A stretch of DNA of 64,000 nt, from the NCBI GenBank assembly GCA_030704615.1, contig CM060731.1:57412001-57476000 (forward strand), given 5' to 3'. The stretch is from Takakia lepidozioides. Lineage: Eukaryota; Plantae; Bryophyta. Within the stretch, counting starts at the first letter, position 1. The number at the start of each line of letters is the position of its first letter. The notes under the pieces are model-generated. The model did no database searches and had not been told where the DNA came from. It saw nothing but the letters and a program-made list of their open reading frames with translations. Below, one piece after another: positions 37,268 through 51,400 of this stretch. Both the position numbers and the translations under genes were made by a program.

Positions 37268-40200
37268 TCTACCCCTGCTCCTTCAGCTATCCATGCCTCT
37301 GCACAAATCATGCATTCATCCTTGCGTTGCTGCTAGCAGCTGACAATGACAGCCTAGATTAGTTCTAGGAAACACCCAACTCAGCTTATCACACTAGTTC
37401 CTATGCTGAATTGCATCTGCTACTCTCTGTAATCTAACAGGCATTCACCTTTTGGCCTCGGTTGTCCCACCATTGACTGGGGTCAGAAAAGTATTCATTC
37501 CACAGCTTCTCCTCATCTCTGTTACCTGTTTTTCGATACTTTCCTGAACTCACATTGGCAGTATCATGTCAAAGTCACTCCAAACTAGATTCACTCAACC
37601 AGCTAACTTGCAGAATTCAACATGGACATTTAGGGCCGGTTCTGATAAGAGGGAAAAACAGGGTGAAATGTGTTGAAGAAGGTGCCTTCATGAGCAGTGC
37701 CTGATTTTATCAATTGTGCCGCTGCTGCTGGGGCTTCCAGTTGACCATCTACCCATGCAGGTTTCTTGTAGCCATTGATCCACAGGGAATCATAGGTAAT
37801 CTTGTGCTTGAAATCTGGCCCTCTTGGATGAATCTGGACCCACACTCCATCCCTGCTCCTTCAGCTATCCATGCCTCTGCACAAATCATGTATACAGCCT
37901 TGCCTTGCTGCTAGCAGCTGACAATGACAGCCTAGATTTGAAAAACCCAACTCAGCTTATCACACTAGTTCCTATGCTGAATTGCAGTCTGCTACTCTCT
38001 GTAGTCTAACAGGCATTCACCTTTTTGCCTCGGTTGTCCCACCATTGACTGGGGTCAGAAAGGTATTCATTCCACAGCTTCTCCTCATCTCTGGTACCTG
38101 TTTCTGGATACTTTCCTGTTGTCACATTGGCAGTATCAGGTCAAAGTCACTCCAAACTAGATTCACTCAACTACCATATTCAATATGCAAATTCGGGGCC
38201 GAGTCTGATGAGAGGGCAAAACAGGCTGAAATAGGTCGAAGAAGAAGGTGCCCTCACCACATTGTCCTTGGCCTTGTGTCATGACCCATGGAGGATTTGA
38301 CCGACCATCAACCCAAAAGAAGAAGCTCTTGTGTGTGCTGCTTGTGTCTGTAGTCAGGTCATGTCGGATTGGTCTGTGAGAACGACCACGGTGCAGCTGA
38401 GCAGGAAGAGATTGAAACACGGCCTGCTAAGACCAAGCTGACACTCCCAAGAACCTTGTACACATCAGGAAGAATACCAAATCATGGTACTAACAGGAGC
38501 CAAGAGCCCACATTTGCAGGATGGACAAACTTCTTCACCTCGTACACTAAGATAAAGCCACACCTTGCGATTGCGGTTGCGACTGCGGTTGTCCCACCAT
38601 CGTGAAGGATCTTTAAAAAACTCATGCCAGCTCTGCTCCGTGCTCCAAGGTAGAGGTTTGTGCTCGAAAATCCGACCGCATCAACATTTTGACAAGGTCC
38701 TTTATTGAGGGGTGCTAGTGAGCTTTCAACAACATTCATGCAAGTTGTGTTGGGCTCCATTGGGCTCTACACGATGAGGAACAACGAACTCCAAACTCTG
38801 CTCAAGAAACGTGTGCTTTTACCGAACTTTCAACAAGGATATTACTGTACTCTTCCATGGGGGAAGTGGTCGGGGGTCCTACATCGACCACCGGATCCTC
38901 GTCGTGCCGTTCTGATGGCTCCTAGCGGTTAGCGCTTGCATGCAGCCGCCAAATGGGCCCCACATGCAATGGCCACTTCCCCAAGGCAGGCAATAGCCAT
39001 GTGGGGCCCGCAAGCAATAGCCACCTTTTGGATAGCCTTGTTGATGTCCACCGGCTTTGGCTGATTTTACTTTTTGAAGGACTGGGGTTTTGGAATGTGA
39101 GAAAAACTTAAATGCCAAGACCCAAAAGACTCTGGCTGCTTAGCGCCTTCCTCCATGGTCGTTTTCAGACACCACTGTACAATCTCCAGACTGCAAACAT
39201 AAGGCTGGGTTAGCATCTATGTAAGTCTGGACATGTTCAACATTGTTCCTCATAAGGATAGAGCCCAATGGAGCCCAAAACAACGTGCATGAATGTCGTT
39301 GAAAGCTCACTAGCACCCCCTCAGTAAAGGACCTTGTCAAAATGTTGATGTTGTCGGATTTTTGAGCACAAACCTCTACCTTGGACCATAGAGCAGAGCT
39401 GGCATGAGTTTTTTAAAGATTCTTCACGATGGTCGGACAACTGCAATCGCAAGGTGTGGCTTTATCTTAGTGTACGAGGTGAAGAAGTTTGTACATCCTG
39501 CAAATGTGGGCTCCTTCTGCAAATGAAGGCACCTTCTTCAAAAGAGAGAGAGAGAAGACTCCGGCTGAAGCCGGCGTAACTAAGAGCCACTTCACCTTGC
39601 GGCTAGTGCCCTCTTTTGGGGGTGGGCCCTATCACCTTCTTAAACACATTTCACCCTGTTTTTCTCTCTTATCAGAACTGGCCCTAAATTTCCATGTTGA
39701 ATTCTAAAAGTTAGCCGGTTGAGTGAATCTAGTTTGGAGTGACTTTGATATGATACTGCCAATGTGACAACAAGAAACTATCCAAAAACAGGTAACAGAG
39801 GCGAGGAGAAGCTGTGGAATGAATACTTTCTGACCCCAGTCAATGGTGGGACAACTGAGGCAAAGGGGTGAATGCCTATTAGATTATAGAGATTAGTAGA
39901 GGCAATTCGACATAAGAACTAGTGTGATAAGCTGACTTGGGTGTTTCCTAGAACAAATCTAGGCTGTCATTGTCAGCTGCTAGCAGCAAGTCAAGGATGA
40001 ATGCATGATTTGTGCAGAGGCATGGATAGTTGACGGAGCAGGGGTAGAGTGTGGGAACAGAATTATCCAAGAGGGCCAGATTTCAAGCACAAGATTACCT
40101 ATGATTCCCTGTGGATCAATAGGTACAAGAAACCTGCATGGGTAGATGGTCAACTTGAAGCCGTAGCAGCAGCGGCACAGTTGATAAAATCAGGCACTGC

Positions 40201-40730
40201 TATAATGAAGGCACCTTTTTCAACACATTTCACCATGTTTTTTCCTCTTATCAGAACCGGCCCTAAATTTCCATGTGGATTACTGCAAGGAAGCTGGTTG
40301 AGTGAATCTACTTTGGAGTTACTTTGACATGATACTGCTAATGTGAGAACATGAAGGTATCGAAAAACAGGTAACAGAGATGAGGAGAAGTTGTGGAATG
40401 AATATTTTTCTGACCCCAGTCAATGGTGGGACAACTGAGGCCAAAAGGTGAATGCCTTTTAGATTACAGAGAGTAGCAGATGCAATTCAGCATAGGAACT
40501 AGTGTGATAAGCTGAGTTGGGTGTTTCCTAGAACAAATCTAGGCTGTCATTGTCAGCTCCTAGCAGCAAGGCAAGGATGTATGCATGATTTGTGCAGAGG
40601 TATGGATAGCTGAACGAGCAGGGATAGAGTGTGGGTCTAGAGTCATCCAAGAGGGCCAGATTTCAAGCACAAGATTACCTATGATTCCCTATGGAACATT
40701 AGCTATAAGAAATCTGCATGGATAGATGGT
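37119..40730. repeat. ~3.6-kb imperfect inverted repeat upstream of PPR copy 2, built from tandem ~578-bp units
   Basis: Units start at 37119 and 37697; inverted units at ~39633-40200 and ~40205-40730; 39240-39515 inverts 38500-38785; unique spacer at ~38790-39235. Confidence 0.88.
39542..39632 (-). mobile_element. 5'-truncated SINE/LINE 3' end (91 bp) with 12-bp TSD
   Basis: CACCTTCTTCAA (39530-39541) and CACCTTCTTAAA (39633-39644); (TC)n tail; absent from paralogous units. Confidence 0.65.
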
Positions 40731-42800
40731 CAGCGTAGCGTCAGTGGGAGCCCAGCCCCGTGAGCTTATGAGCTGAGCTCACACTTTAGAAACGAAGCAT
40801 GAGCGTAGGCTCACGCTTGCTAAGTGTGAGCACAGGCAAAGTGTGTGGAGAAGGAGGCTCTATATAGCGGAGGATGAGGCAAGGTGGGCCTATTTCCGTG
40901 GAAACCACGATTGTAAGCCCAATCCCTCATTCCAGACATGGCCAAGTGGATGTAGAAAGTGAGGACAGACAAGCATGACATATTTGAAATGCAGAATGTT
41001 GCGCACCTCACTTCGGTAAGCTCCCCTTCAAGTCATAGTTACTCGCTTTGATGCGCGCGCCTGACTCCCAACCTGGCCGCCCGGGCCAACTTGGAGCTTC
41101 GGCTGCTCACCGGGACATAACGGTCCCCCTTCGCTTCCCACTAAACCCTCCACCTATTTGGGACTAGGAGAATTCCCTTTGGTAGATGGCAGTCCGGAAC
41201 AGCTCCCCACTCTTTGGTCGCTTTCCGGCTCGCTCGCTTACTCACTAGTTTTTGGTCACCAACGGGCTTGCACCGTTCTCGGGGTCACTACTCCCCTTAT
41301 ATATACTTCTGTAGCTGTCCGCGGGGGTTTCACAACCAGCCATGCCATTTTATGGCGAACCACCACGAAAACCCTCGACTCCCGGTGATGAGTCGCGGTG
41401 AGTCTTGGCCCACTCACCACGGCCCCTATGGACCGTGATGAGTCCCAAGACTCCCCACGACTCCCACCACGAGGTCTCCGCCCTCATGGTGAGTCCTATG
41501 CCACCCCCACTAAGTCCCGCTAAGCTACCACCACCCCTTGTGGAGCCACCCCCACCGCAACCCGGTGTGCGGGGCTCCACCTAGTGAGCGCCTCCGCTTC
41601 CCTGAGTGCCTTGGGCACTCAAGGGTGCTTCAGCCCCCCCCATACCTATCGCTGCCGCTGCCCCCACCACAGGGGCAGCCCCTCGTGTGTCCCGACCCCC
41701 TGCCCTCAAGGCAAAGGGCCGCGACACACACCCCTACCAACAGAGAGTCGATGTCCTCATCGACTTGTCCATTTTGTAGAAACGAACATCCAAGTTGTGG
41801 CGTCCCACATCAAGGAGTTTGTTTCCGTACCATGGCGTCCCATGGCAAAGAACCAAACCCCACACTTGACTCTACTCTCCACTAGCTAGTTCGGCCGACT
41901 TCCTCCAAGTCCTGGCCAAGGGTGGAGCCTCTCCAGCTCCTCCCAGTGCACTCTTCTTGGCCTACTTCAAGGCCAAGGAACGATCCTCCCCGAGGATCGA
42001 ATCGCCTTACTGCAAGTGAATTACAAATCACCAGTGGGTGACAATGGGTGCACATGTCTACGACACCCACTGCAGGATGCTAATGACAATTGCTATTTGT
42101 GAGATGAAAGGAGAGGACACACAATCGGAGATGCTTCTTTGGCAGGGAATAAACGAACAGATGGCCAAGGCGGGATTGCCCCCTCCGAATTTCCGTGGTT
42201 TCATGGCAGACAACGCACAAGCAAATTGGGCTGCCATCCGAAGGGTGTACGGGCAAGACCCCAATGTTCCCATGGAAGGCAAGGAGAGATCTTGTGGGTT
42301 CCATTTTCTGCAAAGCCTTTCGCAGTACACAACCAGGCTCGTGGCGCCAGATTTCAGAGAGGAGCACCGTTCCATGTGCCTTGCGTGGAAGCGCGCTCCT
42401 ACCTTGGATGATGCAGAGACACAGTTTGCATGCATACGGGCTTGGTGGACATCGTCAGGTGTTGTAAGGAAATCAGACGAGGGAGCAATGGTCAGTTGGC
42501 TAGCATGGTGGCATTATCGTTTCCTCCAGTTCGGCGACTATATGCGGGAGGTGAGTTGCACGTCTGAAAATGCTAAGTCCGAACTGGCTAAGTCCGAACA
42601 TGCACTGGAAAAATGGCGCTGAATTACCTGTCATGAGGGGACCTATAGCCGCGGAATTCGTTCCCATTTTTCGCCGGAGAGACCTATTACCGCGAAATAC
42701 GTCGCCGTTTTTCAGGTTACGGACCCTATTACCGCGAAATTCGGCGCCATATTTGCACATGTCGCTGGGAATTGGCATGAGCGGAAGACGAAATATCATG
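40731..42800. mobile_element. DNA element with GTGAGC-rich left terminus carrying a MULE transposase fragment (right end uncertain)
   Basis: Starts CAGCGTAGC...GAGCCCAGCCCCGTGAGC like 25167; CCGCGGAA/TTACCGCG repeats at 42640-42760. Confidence 0.5.
42038..42622 (+). pseudogene. Mutator-like (MULE) transposase fragment
   Basis: HVYD...MTIAICEM...PNFRGFMADNAQANWAAIRRVYG...ERSCGFH (catalytic D plus CxxH); possible splice donor GTGAGT at 42551. Confidence 0.75.
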
Positions 42801-43544
42801 AGCACAACTGTCAAAAGTGCAATTTTCCCTTCAAGGGGCCGATTAATATATTTGTTTTTCCTGACACATTGCATTAAATTATTGTTTTTTATTGTTTTTT
42901 ATTTTCGAAATTTGTACTTCTGCTCATGAAAACCGATTGTGTTACTACTCTGCTCATGCCGCTCATGCCGCTCATGCTCATGAAATAGCAAACCTCCCCC
43001 TCCTTGTCAAGGGCTTTCCAACGGTACCAAGCACCAGGGCTGGGGCCTCGCGGTTTGGGACATCTCAACGTGACAAAACAAAACAAAACAAAACAAACAA
43101 ACTGGCTTCCGTCATATATTGATAGGGTAGCCTGTGCCATTGGCCCAAGTGTCCATTGTCATCTAAACCAAAGGTCCACTACCATATAAGCCCAAGTGTA
43201 AGATCTTCTATGTATCCCACTACGTACTATATGGCGAGCTCTAGGGTAGCATGTGCCGTTGGCCCAAGTGTCCAATGTCATATAAGTCCAAGTGAATCCC
43301 TTATCATAATAATAAATAAATAAAATTCCAGAGAGCCTACGACCAGATTTGAACTGGAGACCTTTCCCTTGATATCTCTCCTGTCGAGGCTCCAACCATT
43401 GCCCCAGGAATGCCCACTTTGCTATTTTTCGTGAATTTCCAGCGACCAAAAGTACTTGAAATTCCACATCTCCCACACTGTAAGTCCAAAATTCATGCTC
43501 CACCCTAAAACTCTTCAGTTGAAAAATTCCTAAAAATATTAAAG

Positions 43545-43686
43545 TATGACGCCTCCCGAAGGGAGCGTAACTTATGGTGTCACTTCACCACAAGGGCTAT
43601 TGCCTTCTAGCTGAAAGGTGGACACCTTTATGACACACCAGACCATGGTTTGAACCCACAACTATACCCAACGTGGTATGTGCCCA
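43545..43686 (-). mobile_element. tRNA-derived SINE, interrupted at its 5' part by LTR element 2
   Basis: B box GGGTTCAAACC (minus strand, 43647-43657); 3' part homologous to 39542-39632. Confidence 0.55.
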
Positions 43687-44744
43687 TGTTAGAGGGCTGT
43701 TTGGGACTTAGACGCTTTTTCGGGTTCTGTCGGGTACCCTTAATTTTTGCGCAGACTGAGACCAACAGGAGCCTTAGGGGTGGCAGCAGCAGGCTTTGGG
43801 GGGTTACACAGCCCGACACAACTTTACACAGCCCGCCACAACTTCACACAGCTTCACACAGCCAGTCACAGCCCGCCACAGTTTCGCACAGCTTCACACA
43901 GCCCATCACAGCCAGTCACAGCCGCCACAGCTTCGCACAGCCCGACACAGCTTCACACAGCCAGTCACAGCCGCCATAGTTTCGCATAGCTTCACACAGC
44001 CCGTCACAGCCAGTCACAGCCGCCACAGCTTCGCACAGCTAGTCACAGCTTCACACAGCCCGTCATAGCCAGTCACAGCCACCACATTCGCACAGCCCGA
44101 CATAGCCTGACACAGCCAGTCACAGCCCGACACAGCCCGACACAACTTTACACGCCAGTCACAGCTGCCACAGCTTCGCACAGCCAGTCACAACTCGGCA
44201 CAGCTTGACACAGTCTGTCACAGTACATAGGGAATAATTATCATTGACAGGGAATGACTGTGTGGGAACGACATCTGTAGGAGGAACGTGTTACTTCAGG
44301 GGTGACAGTTAGTTAGTTAGGTGGTTAGAACAGCTTGGGGGTAGATTAAGGGAGCGGCAACAGGAAGGGGGCACTACACGGGGAGCGCTTCTTGGTCATG
44401 GATGAGAGAAGATCAGGCGGAGAGCAAGAACGAGAGCACGGAGAGGAGGAGAGATGAACAGTAGATGCTTGTACATGCAAAGTTGTAGTGATATTGTAGG
44501 GCAAATTAGAGTCACCATGACATTGGCCTGATACCTGATAAATCATAATCTGATACTTATTCGATACAATCACACTATGTAGAGAGACATGAGTGAAGCT
44601 GTGGAATGAATGCATGATTAACTAGAACTTAGTAGATACTGAAGCAATCTGATGCTTCAGTATACACGGTAAGGTAAATTGATAACATGAAGGCAAGAAG
44701 GAATACATATAGGAAGCACAACCATGATTCACTAGCTGCAGGTC

Positions 44745-45439
44745 ATGACTGATTGTTCTGAGCAGGCTGAATGCTTAGAGATATCCAACTCTTTTATCTT
44801 GGAGTTTCCACCTCGGATAGCGAACGGATAGATGAGTAAAAGCCGCCCGACATTTGGCGACCATACAGGGGAACTACGCATCAACAACCAGATGTGACAG
44901 GCATCTGGTGGGATCATGGTGGTTGGAGAATTAAAAAAATTGATGTGAATCAAATTCCTTGTGAAACGGAGAAGGAAAGATTGTCCAAACAATTCTTTCA
45001 GAGGTACTTGGAATTGCCAGACGGTTGTAAAGAAAACATTCTTAAGAGAGTGCATGATGTTGACCCTGAGTGGGGTCTGGAAAAAGGAGTGATAAAGATT
45101 TATCAGGTGGCCTGTAGAGGAAGAGCACATTGGTTACCAACACTGGTTTATGTGATAGCATTGCTATCCATTAAGCTAGTAGAGTTTGAAGGCTTGGAGG
45201 AAAGGAAGGTGAATGTTTATACTTATATGCATGAGGCGCTTGTACTGGTAAAGAATTGGATTCCAAAGGATATTCTGTGGATCAAACTCACACCAAGAAC
45301 AACTTTCCATACTTGTTTGTCATATGGTTATATGGTAACGGAGACTTCTAGTATAGCCAAGGGTGCATTGAAGCTTGAAAGAAACCCAGGCATATACGAG
45401 AGATACTATAGAAGAGAGTTTTGGTTATTGCCACATTAA
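44745..45439 (+). pseudogene. ORF0 of element 2
   Basis: Homologous to 21753-22446 and 62067-62758; one stop and a 1-nt deletion in the 5' part. Confidence 0.7.
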
Positions 45440-45459
45440 GGAAATGAAAGACATGGGAC

Positions 45460-48400
45460 ATGAGTGATGAAAGAGAAGCTAGACTCCAGAGATATTCAGC
45501 AAAAAAAGAAAGTTATCTGAAAGCTAATTATCCATATCTTTGGGAGAGAGGAATAGACATAGGGGAATCATCTGGACCTCTCACACCATTAAGATCAAAG
45601 AGTACATCACCCATACAGAAAGAACTAGAGTTGGATGTCACTCCTTCTTTTTCTTTGCAAGAAAGATTAAGGGAATTGGTACAGGAAGAAGATCAACCAC
45701 GAGGTGAAAGATCTGAGGTACATCCCTGAATAAAAGATTTGACAGAAATCTTTGATAAGAGTTGGCATGGAACACCAAAAGCAGGAACTCCAGTTTCTGA
45801 GACGGAAGACGGAGAAGGAGGAGAGGATGTGGCAGAGCCAACGGAGAGTTCAGACTCTCCAACACCATTGCAGTTGAGTTACATGAGTGAAGAAGAAACC
45901 CAAGGGCAGAACTTGGAGGATGAAAACAGAGAGAAGAAATTGGAAGAGGAAGAGTATGAAGAAGTAGACCCAACAGCTGAGGTTGAGACTACAACCATGA
46001 CATCCCAACCCGTTGGACCTGGATCAAGTGGAGCACTTAGATCACAGGCCAACGAAGGTGTCGACTCAGGGGGATCAGGCGGGCAGCCTGGATCTGGCTC
46101 TGGGGGGACAGGGAGTGTGGGAAGTAGTGCAACTAGAGCTAGGAATACTGTGAATATAGTGGGGCCAGTAGCAGGGAGTGTTCAGGGGCCAGCACTTGGT
46201 GGAAGTTCCACCACAACTACAACAGGTCCTCAAGGACCAGCACCAGCAAGGGGGCCAACATCTGTCAGTGGACAGAGGGTAGGGCCACAGATGGCGTTAC
46301 AACCAACACGGGCAAAAACCACCTTTTCCAATATATTCAGGGAAAGGGGATCCTGATGTACACATTAGCCAATTTGAGCACATGTGTATTGTGAACAATG
46401 AGAATGGCGATGATGCCAAGATGAGACTGTTTCCATGTTCACTTATAAAGAAAGCAAGTGAATGGTATGCAAGATTCCCTGATAATCATTTCCTAACCTG
46501 GAATGGCTTGAATACAGCATTCCGAAATAGGTTCAGGACAAGTAAAATTGAGGATGAAGTGTATGGAAGTTTACAACAGTTAAAGCAAAAGAAGCAAGAA
46601 ACTGTTGAGGAGTATATGGAAAAGATGGAATTGATGATGAAAAAGCTGGCTGTTGTACCAGCACCAGGTTTACAGAAGACTTGGTTTGTGAGTGGACTAA
46701 GACCAGAGTTGCAAAAGAAAGTGGATATGCTACCCCATAATACAGTAGATGAGGCATTTGAAACAGCTAACAAAATTGAGCAATTGGGAATGCTCAGGAG
46801 AGAGAAAAGGGATGATGAGGACTCTGAGGAGGAGTCAGATGAGGAAGAAGAGCAAGAGCTCGAGAGGAAGAGTAAGAAGAAGGAAAAGTTGAAGAGGGAT
46901 AACTATGAGAAAAGATTGGAAGAGATCTTGAAGAAATATGTCACAGAGGCTGCAACACATTGGAGGAAGGGTGTTTGGTGTGCAAAATGCCAGAATGAAG
47001 GCCATACCACAGCTGAATGCCACATGAAGGAAAAACACTGTACTATCTGTAAAATGGATAACCATTCCACTGAGAATTGTTATTACAACAGAAGGACAGC
47101 TGCAAGAGAACCTAGGCAAATAAGGGTGCATCAAGTGCAGCCCCAGCCAAGAAAAAACAGTGATCAGGACCACTATGGTAGGCCTGGTGGTTATAACAAT
47201 GGTATGGAAGGGAGAGAGAATCCAAGAGGGAATTACCAGGGCAATCCCAGGGGCAACTATCAGGGTAATCCAAGGGGGAATTATCAGCCAGGGAATCAGG
47301 ATTACAGAAATAATCCCAGAGCAGACCAAGGGCGAGGACCCTATGGTGAAGAACTGTGTTACTATTGTAATCAGGCAGGACATCGCAAGGCAGCCTGTTC
47401 ATTCTGGATTAGACACCAAAATGAGATGAGAGCTCTTGTGAATGAGGGCCTAGTGGTGGCAGCTCACATGGTTAGGCCATGTGTTGTACCAGAAGTGAGT
47501 ACGATGATAGTAACCAGAAGCAAAGCTAAATTAATACCTCCAGTAGATGAGGAAGATGATGATAATGAAGATGACAGTGATGTGCCTGTGGATGATGAGG
47601 CTTGGAGAGATGAGAAGGGACTGCACAAGGAAGTGGCTGATACCATAAGGGAAATGCAGAAGAGTACTGATATCCCTATGGCAGATTCCTCTGATTCTGA
47701 AAGAGAAGATGAAGTGAGTGAAGATGAAGTGAAGAAAGAAGCTGCACAAGTGCAGAGTAATGAAGGGACTTTGGCTGAAGTAATATGCCAGTCCAAAGCG
47801 GAGATTACCATTGGACAGCTATTGGCTGTGGCACCTCATTGTAGGCACAGGCTGTATCAAGCAATCAATCAGATTGCCCATGTGACAGGGAGCACAGACC
47901 TGAACAGCAAGGTGACAAGCTATACTGTGAAGCCCAAAGAGCGAGAAACAGTCATGGACTTTGATGATTTTATGCGAGTAATCCAATTGAAAATTGGAAG
48001 CACAGACTTGACTGATGTACTGATAGATGGAGGCTCTGGAGTGAATATCATGACAGACCAATTAGGGCAGAAGCTTGGTCTAAGTAACATGAAACCAGCC
48101 CCATTTACAGTAACAATGGCAGATCAAAGAAGTGTACAGCCATTGGGATTGATAAGAGGAGTTAAGATACAGATTCAAAAGATGATCTTTATGATCACAG
48201 TAACTGTGTTGAAAATGGATGAAATCATGGAAGCTTACTTCTTATTGTTGGGACGACCGTGGCTGAAACAGGCCAGGGTATTCCATGACTGGAATTCCCA
48301 GTTACTAACTGTGCATGATGGGATGCACAAGATACAAATCACCACTAAGAAATTTAGTAGATTATCTGCTACGAGAAGACCTCGAGGGGTCATGAAGTAT

Positions 48401-51400
48401 TACTGGAGGGGAGGACTTGATGAGGAGCAGGAAGCTACCCTGTTCGCTGCACACCCAGAGTGGGAGCAGGTTGCAGAGATGCAGCTGGAAGGCCTAAGTT
48501 ATTTAAAAGGTATCTGTTGTGGTGTAGTGACAGCAACACCAATTGAGGGTGAAACAAGCAGTTACCCACCACATTTCTATGAAGAAAGAGAGGGAGAAAT
48601 AGAAATCCTAGAGGAACCAGCCACTGTGAGTTTACAGGATGAAGTGGTGACTGGTTGGACAATCACAGTTGATGAGCAGGTGAGAGAAATGAATGTGGAA
48701 ACTGAAGAGGAACCGAGGATGGTGAAGGTAGGGGCTGATTTGGAGCCAGAATTCTTTGAGGAAGCTAAGAGTTTGTTCATCAAATACAGAGATGTATTTG
48801 CTTGGAGCTACGAGGATCTAAAAGGGATACCACCTGAGATCTGTTAGCATAAGATTGAACTGGAACCAGGGTCAGTACCAATCAAACAGGCAAGGTACAG
48901 AATGAATCCCAACTATGCACAGAAGGTTGGAGAAGAGATCAAGAAGTTGACTAAGGCTAAGTTTATATTCCCGATAGAGTATACAACTTGGTTGTCACCC
49001 ATAGTTCCCAAGAAGAATGGTAAACTAAGAGTTTGTGTGAACTATAAGAAGTTGAATGCTTGCACGAAGAAAGATCCTTTTCCTTTGCCATTTACAGAAG
49101 CGGTATTGGACACTGTGGCAGGCCATGAGATGTACTCATTCATGGATGGCTTCAGTGGTTATAATCAAGTGCAAGTGGCAGAAGAAGACTAGGGAAAGAC
49201 AGCTTTCATCACAGACTGAGGTGCTTATGCATACAAAGTCATGCCTTTTGGACTTTGTAATGCACCAGCAACCTTTCAGAGAGTGATAAGTGAATAATTT
49301 CATGAGTATCTGGATGATTTCATGCAGGTGTTCTTGGATGATTTTAGTGTGTACAGCTCTAAGAATGAGCACTTGCATAAATTGGAGTTATGTTTGGCCA
49401 GATGCAGGATGAGAGGTCTGGGCCTGAATCCAGAGAAGTGTACTTTCTGTGTGAACTCAGGGGTGCTCTTGGGACACGTTGTGTGTAAGAGGGGACTACT
49501 TGTGGATCCCAGAAAAATAGAGGCCATGAAAGCCTCTCCACCACCAGTAAATGTTAAAAGTCTAAGGAGATTCCTTGGACAAACTAGTTATTACAGAAGA
49601 TTTGTCAGACGGTATGCACAGATAGCAGCACCATTGAGCAAGCTTCTGAAGAAAGATGCAGTGTTTGCATGGACAGCTGAATGTCAACAGGCTTTTAAGG
49701 AACTTACATTGTCAGTAACAACTACACCTGTGCTGATTAACCCTCACTTGCCTGTAATATTTCATGTTCACTGTGATGCCTCAGGAGAAGCGTTGGGAGC
49801 AGTGTTAGCCCAAAATGTTACAGGAAATATAGATTCACTTGTGTACTATGCTAGCAGGTTGATGAATAGTGTTGAAAGGAACTATAGCACAACTGAAAGA
49901 GAAGCACTGGCAATGATTTATGCAGTCAAGAAATTCAAGCATTACCTATTGGGAAGAAAGTTTATGTTTTTCGTGGATCACCAGGCTCTGATATATCTGG
50001 TGAACAAACCTTTGATAAGTGGCAGGATAGCAAGGTGGTTAATAATCTTGCACGAGTTTGAGTTCAAAGTTGTTTACAAGCCTGGCCGTTTGCATCTTGT
50101 GGCAGATCACTTGTCACGCCTATCAACAGGAGAGCCCGCCACAGGAGTAGACGACCAATTACCTGATGCGAGTTTATTTGCAGTGGAGGTGCAGGGAAGT
50201 GCAGATGACTGGTTAGATTGGCAGTGGCCAATCAGATACTACCTTACTCATGGTCAGTGCCCACCTAGTTATGGAAAGGAGCAGAGGAAGAGAATCGCTA
50301 TCAAGGCTTTACCTTATACTATGGTAGGGGGCAGAATGTATAAGCTAGGACCTGATGGAGTTCTTAAACGATGCTTGTACCACCATGAAGTAAATAAAGT
50401 TTTGGAGGAAGTTCATAAAGGAGTGGCTGGAGGTCATTTTGGAGAAGAGACTACCAGTAGAAAGATACTACTTGCAGGTTACTGGTGGCCTACTTTGTTC
50501 AAAGATGTACACAAGTATTGTCAGAATTGTGATGAGTGTCAGAGGCTAGGACCATTGCAGAGATCTGGGAAGATGGCTTTGCATCCTACGATGCCTACTG
50601 AACCATTTCAGAAATGGGGACTAGACTTTGTTGGACCAATTAACCCACCAGCCAAGAATACACAGAACAAGTATATAATCACAGCCACTGATTATACTAC
50701 AAAGTGGGTGGAAGCTAAAGCTCTGAGGGACAACACAGCTAAGTCCACAGCAAGGTTCATGTATGAGAACATACTTACACGATTTGGCTGTCCCCTGGAA
50801 TTTATCAGTGACAAAGGAAGTCACTTCATTAATGAGACCATTGAACTATTGACTAAAGAGTTCATGATTGTGCATAGGAAGAGTACAACATATTACCCAC
50901 AAGGTAATGGGCATGCAGAGGCTACCATCAAAATAATATGTACTATCTTGGCTAAGATAGTCAATGCAAACAGAACAGATTGGGATACAAAGCTGCTGAC
51001 AGCTTTGTGGTCATACAGGACTTCATATAAAGTCACCACTAAGTATACACCATTCCAATTAGTTTATGGTATGGAAGCTTTACTTCCAGTGGAATTCTTG
51101 TTACCTACCATGAGAACTGAATGGGGAAGGAGAATGGAATTGGAAGATTCAATTAAGGTCAGGAAACATGAATTATACCATGTGGAATAAGTACGTGCTG
51201 ATGCAGCTAATAACATGACCAGAATTCAGATGAAGAGGAAGGATCAGTTTGATGAAGGTAAATTAAAGACTTTTAAGACGGGAGATTTGGTACTGTGGTT
51301 GCAGAAGAAGGGGAAGATTAAAGCTTCTAAGCTTAAATCACCATGGAAAGGACCTTATGTCATACAAAAGATGTATGATAACAACACCGCCATGTTACAA

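Larger units (their letters stand above)
33257..40997. repeat. Segmental duplication copy 2
   Basis: Colinear with 4194-10294 and 23342-24005; has an extra ~220 bp at ~33632-33853 and extra ~578-bp upstream units. Confidence 0.85.

Noticed and set aside
37630-40327. Short MWVQIH... ORFs (29896, 37630, 40049) as a small-protein family
   Set aside because: GTG starts within copies of the same repeat unit, and other copies are frameshifted.
43650-44230. His/Ser/Thr-rich ORFs in LTRs
   Set aside because: Translations of the CACAGCC array; frame and length are not conserved between LTRs.
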